A DNA stretch of 57,545 nt from Deltaproteobacteria bacterium. GTDB taxonomy: Bacteria > Myxococcota_A > UBA796 > SXON01. Below, one piece after another: positions 9,726 to 17,314 of the stretch. The position numbers and the translations under genes are program-made. The stretch is from the NCBI GenBank assembly GCA_016875435.1, contig VGRE01000001.1, positions 1-57,545 of the forward strand, read 5' to 3'. The notes under the pieces were generated by a model. That model was not told the origin of the DNA. It saw only the letters and a program-made list of their open reading frames with translations, and searched no databases. The stretch's first letter is position 1; each line of letters opens with the position of its first letter.

Positions 9726-10445
9726 ATGCGCGATCTCCGCGGCGTGGTGCTCGCCGGTGGCTCGGGAAGCCGACTCCACCCGCTCACCAAGACCACCAAC
9801 AAGCACCTGCTTCCCGTGGGGAGCAGGCCGATGGTCTACTACCCCATCGAGGCGTTGGTCGCGGCTGGCATTCTCGACATCCTCGTGGTCACCGGCGTGC
9901 ATCACTTCGGCGCGCTGGTGGCGCAGCTCGGCTCGGGCGCCGAGTTCGGGTGCCGCTTCACCTACAAGGTGCAGGACCGTGCTGGCGGCATCGCCGAGGC
10001 GCTGGGCCTCGCCGAGGACTTCGCGCACGGGGGACGGGTCGCGGTCGTGCTCGGCGACAACGTCTTCGACGCGCCGCTCCGCCCGCACCTCGATGCTTGG
10101 CACGAGAGCGGGAAGGCGGCGATGATCCTGTTGGCGCGCGTGCCCGACCCGCAGCGGTTCGGCGTCCCCCGCTTCGACGGCGAGCGGCTGGTGGAGGTGA
10201 TCGAGAAGCCCACCGAGCCGCCGTCGCCCTTCGCCGTGACCGGCGTGTACTTCTACGACTCGGCCGTCTACGACATCATCCGCACGCTTCGCCCCTCGAC
10301 GCGCGGCGAGCTGGAGATCAGCGAGGTGAACACGCGCTACATCGCGCGGGGAGACATGCACTGGGCCGAGCTGGGCGGGCGCTGGACCGACGCGGGGACG
10401 ATGGAGTCGTATGCGAGGGCGCAGGCGCTAGCGACCAGGCCGTAG
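9726..10445 (+). CDS. sugar-1-phosphate nucleotidyltransferase (RmlA-like, short form)
   Basis: Internal ATG at 9726 gives MRDLRGVVLAGGSGSRLHPLTKTTNKHLLPV, the G-x-G-x-R-L-x-P-L-T signature. The first 214 codons of the 453-aa ORF are antisense to rfbB. Confidence 0.85.
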   Translation: MRDLRGVVLAGGSGSRLHPLTKTTNKHLLPVGSRPMVYYPIEALVAAGILDILVVTGVHHFGALVAQLGSGAEFGCRFTYKVQDRAGGIAEALGLAEDFAHGGRVAVVLGDNVFDAPLRPHLDAWHESGKAAMILLARVPDPQRFGVPRFDGERLVEVIEKPTEPPSPFAVTGVYFYDSAVYDIIRTLRPSTRGELEISEVNTRYIARGDMHWAELGGRWTDAGTMESYARAQALATRP

Positions 10446-10573
10446 GGCGTGGGCTTGTGGGTATCCGGCGGTTGGGTACCAGCGCTCTACCGGTGTTCTC
10501 GGTGGCGCTGCGACGATCATCGCTGCCGCCGCTCCCGCCGCCGACGCTCAGGGTCTACGGCCTACGGCCTCCC

Positions 10574-10612
10574 CGTCACTGAAACCTGTCCCCCTCGTCA
10601 CGCGATCGTCAC
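10574..10612 (+). promoter_or_regulatory. candidate Pho-box-like direct repeat array upstream of the pst operon
   Basis: CGTCAC hexamers at 10574, 10596 and 10607 (22- and 11-bp phasing), plus CTGTCC at 10586. They resemble the E. coli CTGTCA(T/C) Pho-box half sites. A TAAGAA -10-like hexamer lies at 10623-10628. Confidence 0.35.
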
Positions 10613-10635
10613 GCACCATCGCTAAGAACCGGGCC

Positions 10636-11520
10636 GTGAGCTCGCTCCCACCCGACATCGTCGCCGACCCGCTCGAGGGGCGGCACCAGCGACAGAAGGT
10701 CGTGGAGTTGGCGCTCCTCGCCGCCACGCTCATGGCTGCTTTCCCGGCGCTGGCCATCATCGGCTTCATCCTCGTCAAGGGCGGCCCCGCCATCTCGGCC
10801 GAGTTCCTGCTCGAGATGCCGGTCTCGGGCATGACCAAGGGCGGCATCCTCCCGGCCATCGTGGGCACTTTGTGGCTCGTGGGCGTGTCGCTGGCCTTCT
10901 CGGTGCCGGTGGGCGTGCTCGCCGGGATGTACCTCTCCGAGTACGCCGGCGAGGGCAGGCTGGCGCGCGCCGTCGACCTCGCCATCGTCAACCTCGCCGG
11001 CGTGCCCAGCATCGTGCACGCGCTCTTCGGTCTCGGCGCATTCGTGCTCTTTCTCGACTTCGGCACCTCGATCCTCGCGGCCGGTCTCACGCTGGGGGTG
11101 ATGACCCTCCCGGTCATCATCACGTCCACCAAGGCCGCTTTGCAGGCTGTGCCGCAGAACTTTCGCGTGGCTTGTTGGAATCTCGGGGCCACCCGCTGGC
11201 AGACCATCTGGCACGTGGTGTTGCCCAACGCGCTCCCCGGGATCCTCACCGGGGTGATCCTGCAAGTGAGCCGCGCAGCCGGGGAAACCGCTCCGGTCCT
11301 CTTCACGGGCGCAGCCTTCTACCTGCCGATTCTTCCTACGAGCGTGTACGACCAGACGATGGCGCTGTCGATGCACGTCTTCGCGCTCGTCACCCAGGTG
11401 CCCAACGTGCCCGAGGCCACCAAGTATGGCACGGCCCTGGTCCTCCTCGGGGTGGTGGTGCTGTTCAACAGCTCGGCCATCGCGCTTCGTTACTACCTGC
11501 GTCGCAACCGGAAGTGGTGA
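10636..11520 (+). CDS. pstA: phosphate ABC transporter permease PstA
   Basis: GMTKGGILPAIVGTLWLV and the EAA-loop region TKAALQAVPQNFRVACWNLGATRWQ are typical of PstA. Confidence 0.9.
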   Translation: MSSLPPDIVADPLEGRHQRQKVVELALLAATLMAAFPALAIIGFILVKGGPAISAEFLLEMPVSGMTKGGILPAIVGTLWLVGVSLAFSVPVGVLAGMYLSEYAGEGRLARAVDLAIVNLAGVPSIVHALFGLGAFVLFLDFGTSILAAGLTLGVMTLPVIITSTKAALQAVPQNFRVACWNLGATRWQTIWHVVLPNALPGILTGVILQVSRAAGETAPVLFTGAAFYLPILPTSVYDQTMALSMHVFALVTQVPNVPEATKYGTALVLLGVVVLFNSSAIALRYYLRRNRKW

Positions 11521-12272
11521 TGTCCGCGCCGCACCTGTCCATCCAGGATCTCTCGCTGCGCCTCGGCGAAAAGCAGGTGCTCACGGGCGTGAGCCTCGAC
11601 GTGCCCCGCAACGGGATTGTCGGCATCATCGGCCCCGCCGGCGCGGGTAAGAGCTCGCTGCTCACTTGTTTCAACCGTACCGTGGAGCAGAACCCGCTCG
11701 CCCACATGACGGGGCGCGTGGTGCTCGACGGCGAGGACGTGCGCCGCATCGACACCAGCGACCTTCGGCGTCGCGTGGCGATGGTGTTGCCCTTGCCGGT
11801 GGGCCTGCCGATGTCGGTGTACGACAACGTGGCCTTCGCGCCGCGGATGGCGGGGGTGCGTCGCAAGGCCGAGCTCGACCAGATCGTGGAGCGCTGCCTG
11901 GTCCAGTCGGCGCTCTGGGACGAGGTCAAGGACCGTCTCGACATGCTGGGCACGCGCCTGTCGGGGGGCCAGCAACAGCGGCTCACGCTGGCGCGCGCCC
12001 TGTCGACCGACCCCGAGATCTTGTGTCTCGACGAGTTCAGCATCGCGATCGACCCGGTGACCACCATGCGCATCGAGGCGGTGCTGGTGGAGCTCAAGAA
12101 GTCGATGACGATCGTGATGGTGACGAACCTCTTGCTCCAGGCGCGTCGCATCGCGGACTACACGGTATTCATGCTCGCCGGCAAGGTGGTCGAGGCGGCC
12201 CCGACCGACGATCTCTTCGTGTTCGCGCGCGACCCGCGCACCAACGACTACCTGACGGGGAAGTTCGGATGA
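11520..12272 (+). CDS. pstB: phosphate ABC transporter ATP-binding protein PstB (copy 1)
   Basis: ATG at 11520 overlaps the pstA stop (ATGA). Walker A GPAGAGKSS, signature LSGGQQQRL, and the PstB-type C-terminus YLTGKFG. Confidence 0.9.
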   Translation: MSAPHLSIQDLSLRLGEKQVLTGVSLDVPRNGIVGIIGPAGAGKSSLLTCFNRTVEQNPLAHMTGRVVLDGEDVRRIDTSDLRRRVAMVLPLPVGLPMSVYDNVAFAPRMAGVRRKAELDQIVERCLVQSALWDEVKDRLDMLGTRLSGGQQQRLTLARALSTDPEILCLDEFSIAIDPVTTMRIEAVLVELKKSMTIVMVTNLLLQARRIADYTVFMLAGKVVEAAPTDDLFVFARDPRTNDYLTGKFG

Positions 12273-13027
12273 GCGAGCCGATCATCCGGTGCCGCGGGCT
12301 CTCGCTGTGGTACGGCAGCTTCCGCGCGCTCGACCGCGTGAGCCTCGACGTGAAGCCCGGCGAGATCCTCTCGCTCATCGGCCCCTCGGGCTGTGGGAAG
12401 TCCACGCTGATCCGGTGTTTCAACCGGATGAACGACTATCCCTACGTGCGCATCGAGGGCGACCTCCAGGTGGCTGGCTACGACGTGACGAGCAGGCAGA
12501 CCGACGCGCTGGCGCTGCGTCGCGACGCTGGAATGGTGTTTCAGCGACCGAACCCGCTCCCGCTCTCCATCCGCGACAACGTGCTGTTCGGCGTCCGTCT
12601 CCACGCGCCGCGCACGCCGCGGTCAGTGCAGGATGGGCTGGTCGAGAACTCGCTGCGCGCGGTGATGCTATGGGACCAGGTGAAGGACCGGCTCGATCAC
12701 GACGCCGAGACCTTGTCGCTCGAGGGGCGGCAGAAGCTCTGCATCGCGCGGCTGTTGCCGCTCAAGCCCAAGGTGTTGCTCATGGACGAGCCCTGCTCCG
12801 CGCTCGACCCCGACGGCATCGGGGCGGTCGAGGAGTTGATGGGGAGCCTGCGCGGCGCCTTCACCCAGGTGATCGTCACCCACAACATGCAGCAGGCGCG
12901 CCGGATCTCGGACCGTTGCGTGTTCATGCTGATGGGCGAGCTGGTGGAGTTGGGGCCCACCGCCCAGCTCTTCACCAAGCCGGTGGACGAGCGCACCGCT
13001 CGGTACATCGAGGGCCGCTACGGCTAG
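12269..13027 (+). CDS. pstB: phosphate ABC transporter ATP-binding protein PstB (copy 2)
   Basis: ATG at 12269 overlaps the upstream stop (ATGA). Walker A GPSGCGKST, Walker B LLMDEPCSALD, and the C-terminus YIEGRYG. Confidence 0.9.
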   Translation: MSEPIIRCRGLSLWYGSFRALDRVSLDVKPGEILSLIGPSGCGKSTLIRCFNRMNDYPYVRIEGDLQVAGYDVTSRQTDALALRRDAGMVFQRPNPLPLSIRDNVLFGVRLHAPRTPRSVQDGLVENSLRAVMLWDQVKDRLDHDAETLSLEGRQKLCIARLLPLKPKVLLMDEPCSALDPDGIGAVEELMGSLRGAFTQVIVTHNMQQARRISDRCVFMLMGELVELGPTAQLFTKPVDERTARYIEGRYG

Positions 13028-13106
13028 TTGTCACCCGATCGGCACGCGCGCTTCGCCGCCGCGCCACGGGGGTTGTTTATTCCTTGCCCGCCTCGAGGTT
13101 TCGCTC

Positions 13107-14009
13107 ATGACTCGTGTCCTCTTCCTCTCGCTCCTCGCGACAACCGCGTGCTCCCGCCCCGACAAGAACGGCGGCGAGGCCGACGCATCGAGGCCGGTCG
13201 TGCTGCAGGCCAAGGGCAGCGACACCATGGTCAACCTGATCCAGCGGCTCTCGGAGGAGTACGCCAAGGTGAGCCCAAGGACGGTGGTGGCGGTGACCGG
13301 CGGCGGCAGTGGCACCGGCATCAAGGCGATCATCGACGGCACCACCGACATGGCCGCCTCGTCGCGCGCCATGAAGGACGAGGAGAAGGCCCAGGCCGAG
13401 GGCAAGGGCATTCACCCTGTCGAGACGACGATCGCCTTCGACGGCCTCAGCATCTACGTCCACAAGGACAATCCGATGACTCAGGTCGACTTCGACACGC
13501 TCAAGCTGATCTTCGGCAGCGAGGGCACGGCGGCCCACTGGAAGGACGTGGGCGTGACGATGGACTGCGGCAACGGCGACGACGCCATCGTGAAGGTGGG
13601 TCGCCAGAACAACAGCGGCACCTACGAGTACTTCAAGGAGCACGTGCTCGGCACGGAAGGGAAGTTCACCTCGACGATGGACCAGTCCGGCACGCAGCAG
13701 GTGCTCGACGTCGTCGGCACCACCAAGTGCGCGATCGGCTACGGAGGCATGGGCTACTCCAACCCGGGCGCCAAGCACCTCTGCCTCGCCAAGGGCAAGA
13801 CCGACGCCTGCGTGGAGCCCATTGAGCAGAACGTGTTGAGCGGCAACTACCCTTTCAGCCGCGCCTTGTTCATCTACACCAACGGCGCGCCCAGCGGCGC
13901 GGTGAAAGAGTTCCTCGACTGGTCGCTGTCGGCGGCGGCCGACAAGGTCGTGGCCGAGGCGGGTTTCGTGCCCACGCCGAAGAGCGGCGCGGCGCCGGCG
14001 GGAGGCTAG
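13107..14009 (+). CDS. pstS: phosphate-binding lipoprotein PstS family
   Basis: Lipobox LLATTAC. GSDTMVNL and TGGGSGTGIKAIIDGTTDMAASSR are typical of PBP-like PstS proteins. Confidence 0.85.
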   Translation: MTRVLFLSLLATTACSRPDKNGGEADASRPVVLQAKGSDTMVNLIQRLSEEYAKVSPRTVVAVTGGGSGTGIKAIIDGTTDMAASSRAMKDEEKAQAEGKGIHPVETTIAFDGLSIYVHKDNPMTQVDFDTLKLIFGSEGTAAHWKDVGVTMDCGNGDDAIVKVGRQNNSGTYEYFKEHVLGTEGKFTSTMDQSGTQQVLDVVGTTKCAIGYGGMGYSNPGAKHLCLAKGKTDACVEPIEQNVLSGNYPFSRALFIYTNGAPSGAVKEFLDWSLSAAADKVVAEAGFVPTPKSGAAPAGG

Positions 14010-14011
14010 GG

Positions 14012-14908
14012 ATGGCGGAGATCGCGAGGCGTCGACCGCCGTCGTACACCCGGCACGTCGAGTTCGTGATCGAGGGGCTCATCCGCCTGTGCGGCGTGAG
14101 CGCGATCATCTTCATTCTCGCGATCTTCGTGTTCATCGGCAAGGAGGGCATCGGCTTCCTCCTGCGAAACGTGCTGCCGATGCTGGTGTCGATCGACTGG
14201 TCGCCCACCGCCGAGCCGCCGGTGTACGGCATCCTCGCGCTGGTCGTGGGCACGCTCTGGTGCGTGGGGCTGTCGCTCTGTTTCTCCGTGCCGGTCGGCC
14301 TGGCCTCGGCGGTGTACCTTTCGGAGTTCGCGAGCGACCGGGCGCGCGAGTCGCTGAAGGTGGTGGTGGAGCTCCTCGCCGCCATCCCGAGCGTGGTGTG
14401 GGGCTTCATCGGCGTGATGATCCTCAACCCGCTCCTGCAGAAGCTGGGCGCCCAGGTCGGGCTCAACGGGCTCAATGGCGCGATCGTGCTGGCGCTGATG
14501 ACCTTGCCGCTCTTGGTGTCGCTCGGCGAGGATGCGCTGCGCGCGGTGCCCGAGTCCTACCGGCAGGCGGCGATCGCCATGGGCGCCACCAGGTGGGAAA
14601 TGGTGTGGCGGGTGCTCATGCCCGCCGCCCAGCGCGGGTTGCTCGTTGCGGTGCTGCTCGGCGTGGGCCGCTGCATCGGCGAGACGATGGCGGTGTTGAT
14701 GGCCACCGGGCACGCCGTGCGGATCCCCACCTCGATCTACGACCCGGTCCGCACGCTCACCGCCACCATCGCGGCGGAGCTGGGCGAAGCCGTCCGTGGC
14801 GGGGAGCACTACCAGTCCTTGTTTGCGCTCGGGATCTTGCTCTTCGCGGTTACCTTCGTCGTCAACTTCATCGCAGACCGCACGCTCCGGGGCCGCCGGG
14901 CGTCCTAG
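14012..14908 (+). CDS. pstC: phosphate ABC transporter permease PstC
   Basis: VELLAAIPSVVWGFIG and AIAMGATRWEMVWRVLMPAA match PstC permease motifs. Confidence 0.9.
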   Translation: MAEIARRRPPSYTRHVEFVIEGLIRLCGVSAIIFILAIFVFIGKEGIGFLLRNVLPMLVSIDWSPTAEPPVYGILALVVGTLWCVGLSLCFSVPVGLASAVYLSEFASDRARESLKVVVELLAAIPSVVWGFIGVMILNPLLQKLGAQVGLNGLNGAIVLALMTLPLLVSLGEDALRAVPESYRQAAIAMGATRWEMVWRVLMPAAQRGLLVAVLLGVGRCIGETMAVLMATGHAVRIPTSIYDPVRTLTATIAAELGEAVRGGEHYQSLFALGILLFAVTFVVNFIADRTLRGRRAS

Positions 14909-14932
14909 GTCGAATATCGGAGCCCGCCGCGA

Positions 14933-15616
14933 ATGCAGACACCTCATCTCGACCAGGCCTACGAGGACGAACTCCAGCACCTGTCTGTGCAACTCTCGCG
15001 CACCGCGGCGCGGGCCGAGCAGATGCTCCGCGACGCCGTGCGCGCCCTGATCAGTCGCGACACCTCGCTGGCCCGGCAGGTGATGGACACCGACCGCGAG
15101 CTGGATCGCCTCGAGGTTGAGCTCGACAAGCTGTGCATCGTGATGCTGGCGCGCCGATCGCCGGTGGGCGAGGACTTGCGGCTGGTGCTCACCGCGCTGA
15201 AGTCCGACGTCGACATGGAGCGCATCGGCGACCTTGCCGGCCACGTGGCCGAGCGGGCCATCGAGCTGGCGGCGGGCGCGGGCATCAGCGCGCCGCCCGA
15301 GGTGCTGGAGCTGGCCAACGGCAGCGTGGAACTCGTGGGGCGCGCGATGAAGGCGCTGGCCGACCGCGACGGCGAGGCGGCACGGGCGGTGATCGTCGAC
15401 GACCGCAAGCTCGACAACCTCCACGGCAGCGTGATCCGGCGCATGATCCAGATCGCAAAGGACCACCCCGACCAGCTCGAGCGCTCGATCGCCTGGTCGA
15501 GCGTGTCGCGACAGCTTGAGCGCGCGGCCGACCACGCTTGCAACATCGCCGAAATGACGGTGTTCCTGGCCGAGGGGCAGGTGCTGCGTCACGCGGGGTT
15601 GAAGGGGAATAGTTAG
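14933..15616 (+). CDS. phoU: phosphate signalling regulator PhoU
   Basis: Two PhoU repeats with IGDLAGHVAERA and LERAADHACNIAE motifs. Confidence 0.9.
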   Translation: MQTPHLDQAYEDELQHLSVQLSRTAARAEQMLRDAVRALISRDTSLARQVMDTDRELDRLEVELDKLCIVMLARRSPVGEDLRLVLTALKSDVDMERIGDLAGHVAERAIELAAGAGISAPPEVLELANGSVELVGRAMKALADRDGEAARAVIVDDRKLDNLHGSVIRRMIQIAKDHPDQLERSIAWSSVSRQLERAADHACNIAEMTVFLAEGQVLRHAGLKGNS

Positions 15617-15776
15617 GGTGTAGGACGCGGGCTTTAGGGCCCGAGGCTGGGATACGCGGGGCCTCGCCCTGTCCCGCTTGCGGGAGCGGTTGTCAAAGGG
15701 GCCGGAGAGGTCGCTTCACCCCTCAAGCCTTTCCCGCCCGATTCCGATTTCGTTCTCATCACAGAGGAGTGCCCCG

Positions 15777-15947
15777 ATGACCGCCGGAACCGCTACCGTC
15801 GCAGCCTCGCGCCGCCGTGCCATCGGGATGCTCTACGTCGACCTCGGCCTCGTGACGCGATCGCAGGTCAACCACGCGCTGGTGGAGTGCGCGCGCCTCG
15901 GCACCTCGTTGCCGGCCGCGCTCCGGCGCCTGGGGTACATGCCGTAG
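15777..15947 (+). CDS. small protein (56 aa) with GspE/MshE-N-terminal-like (T2SSE_N) helix repeat
   Basis: A GAGGAG Shine-Dalgarno lies 7 nt upstream of the ATG at 15777. AIGMLYVDLGLVTRSQVNHALVECARLG resembles the MshEN/T2SSE_N motif. Confidence 0.4.
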   Translation: MTAGTATVAASRRRAIGMLYVDLGLVTRSQVNHALVECARLGTSLPAALRRLGYMP

Positions 15948-15990
15948 GGCTTGCCGGCGCGGGCGGGGGCGTATAGAAGGCGCCCCGTCT

Positions 15991-16067
15991 GGCGCCGTAG
16001 CTCAGTTGGTTAGAGCACGCGGTTCATACCCGCGGTGTCGTAGGTTCAAGTCCCACCGGCGCCACCA
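15991..16067 (+). tRNA. tRNA-Met (anticodon CAT), elongator-type, CCA encoded
   Basis: 77-nt cloverleaf GGCGCCGTAGCTCAGTTGGTTAGAGCAC...GGTTCATACC...GGTTCAAGTCCCACCGGCGCCACCA. The 7-bp acceptor stem is fully paired and the T-loop is GGTTCAAGTCC. A tRNA-Ile2 (lysidine) identity cannot be excluded. Confidence 0.9.
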
Positions 16068-16076
16068 TTGCTGGTG

Positions 16077-16114
16077 GGCAGGGGGGGAACCCGCGTGGCG
16101 GGTTCCCCCCTGCC
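16077..16114 (+). terminator. GC-rich stem-loop immediately after the tRNA
   Basis: GGCAGGGGGGGAACCCGC-GTG-GCGGGTTCCCCCCTGCC is a near-perfect 17-bp stem with one extra G. It is followed by GCCTTTCG. Confidence 0.5.
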
Positions 16115-16198
16115 GCCTTTCGCCCTCTGGCCTGCGGTTTCCACGCTGTGGCGTTTACGGTGCAAGTAGCACGGCAAACGGCGGGCTCTCCCCATTCC
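16077..16198 (+). repeat. intergenic repeat, copy A (related to 36365-36494)
   Basis: Shares with copy B a G-run/C-run hairpin, and a block GGCGTTTACGGTGCAAGTAGCACGGCAAACGGCGGGCTCTCCCCATTCC that is about four-fifths identical by eye. Confidence 0.5.
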
Positions 16199-16331
16199 GT
16201 TCGACACGCCCTCGCTCGATGGCTGGCGGGGCTCGTCGTCCTCGGCCGCTTCGGAAGGCGTTGGCGGCACGTCGAAGCCTCGCGCCGACGGGGACGGGGG
16301 TGGCGCGTGGCGCCGGGGATAAGACATCCCC

Positions 16332-17201
16332 GTGGTGATTCACCCGCTCGCCGTGGCCATTGCCGCCACCCTGGTGCTCGGGGCGGCGAAGCTCGCGGTG
16401 GCGCTCGTCACCGGCAGTCACGCGGTGATGGCCTCGGCCGCTGACTCGCTGGGCGACGCCATCGTCAGCGGCGTCAACCTGATCATGGTGCGCCAGGCGG
16501 CCGAGCCGCCGGACGAGGGCCACCCGTGGGGTCACGGCAAGGCCGAGGCGCTGGCCTCCCTCGCGCAGGTCGCCGTGCTGGCGCTGGTGGTGGGCGCCAT
16601 CGGCGTCAACGCGGTGGGCGCGCTGCTCGGCGGTGCCGGGCCGGTGCCGGCGGCAGGCCCCACGCTCGGCGTCATGGCCGTGTCCATGCTCGGCTCGCTG
16701 TCGATCAGCGCGTACCTGTCCCGCGCGGCGAGGCGCACCGGCTCGCTCCTCATCCGGGCCGACGCCGTCCACTACCGCATGGACCTCTTGAGCGGCGCCG
16801 CCGTGGTCCTCGGCCTCGTCGCGAGCCAGGTTCTCGGCAACGCTGTCGGTGACGCCGGTGCGAGCTTGCTCGTCAGCGCGATCATGGTGAAGGAGGTGTA
16901 CGGCGTGGGTCGCGAGGCCATCGACGAACTGATGGACCGTCCCCTGCCGCCCGAGGAGACCGCCCGGATCGAGTCGGCGCTCCGCGAGATGGGCGCGCCG
17001 CTGGTCTCGTGGCACGACCTGCGCACCCGGCGCTCGGGACCCCATCGCTTCGTGCAGGTGCACGTGGTGCTGCCGGCCGACATTCCCTTCGCCGAGGCTC
17101 ACGCCGCAGCCGACGCTGTCGAGGCCCGCCTGCGCGGCGCGCTGCCCAATCTCGACGTCATCGTGCACGCCGACCCCGAGGGCGTAGAGGAGACGCCCTG
17201 A
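16332..17201 (+). CDS. cation diffusion facilitator (CDF) family metal efflux transporter
   Basis: SHAVMASAADSLGDAIVSG and HPWGHGKAEALASL motifs, six TM segments and a C-terminal cytoplasmic domain (VHADPEG). Confidence 0.85.
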   Translation: MVIHPLAVAIAATLVLGAAKLAVALVTGSHAVMASAADSLGDAIVSGVNLIMVRQAAEPPDEGHPWGHGKAEALASLAQVAVLALVVGAIGVNAVGALLGGAGPVPAAGPTLGVMAVSMLGSLSISAYLSRAARRTGSLLIRADAVHYRMDLLSGAAVVLGLVASQVLGNAVGDAGASLLVSAIMVKEVYGVGREAIDELMDRPLPPEETARIESALREMGAPLVSWHDLRTRRSGPHRFVQVHVVLPADIPFAEAHAAADAVEARLRGALPNLDVIVHADPEGVEETP

Positions 17202-17314
17202 GCGCATCCCGCGGCTGGTACTACACCCGTCGCGACGATGGCTCGCTGGAAGCCCGCCCGCATGGCCTCGACGGGCTCGCCGTGGTGCGCTCCCCCGGGT
17301 CGAGCGTCGCGCAA

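Noticed and set aside
14006-15592. 528-aa minus-strand ORF across pstC and phoU
   Set aside because: It is antisense to two genes with unambiguous family motifs. Its composition is dominated by Arg/His/Asp/Gly runs.
17009-17314. Upstream extension of the double radical-SAM ORF (start at 17009)
   Set aside because: It would overlap the last 190 nt of the CDF gene, and it translates to Arg-rich junk before the CDF stop. The first plausible start after the CDF stop (ATG 17315) was used instead. A GTG a few codons upstream cannot be excluded.
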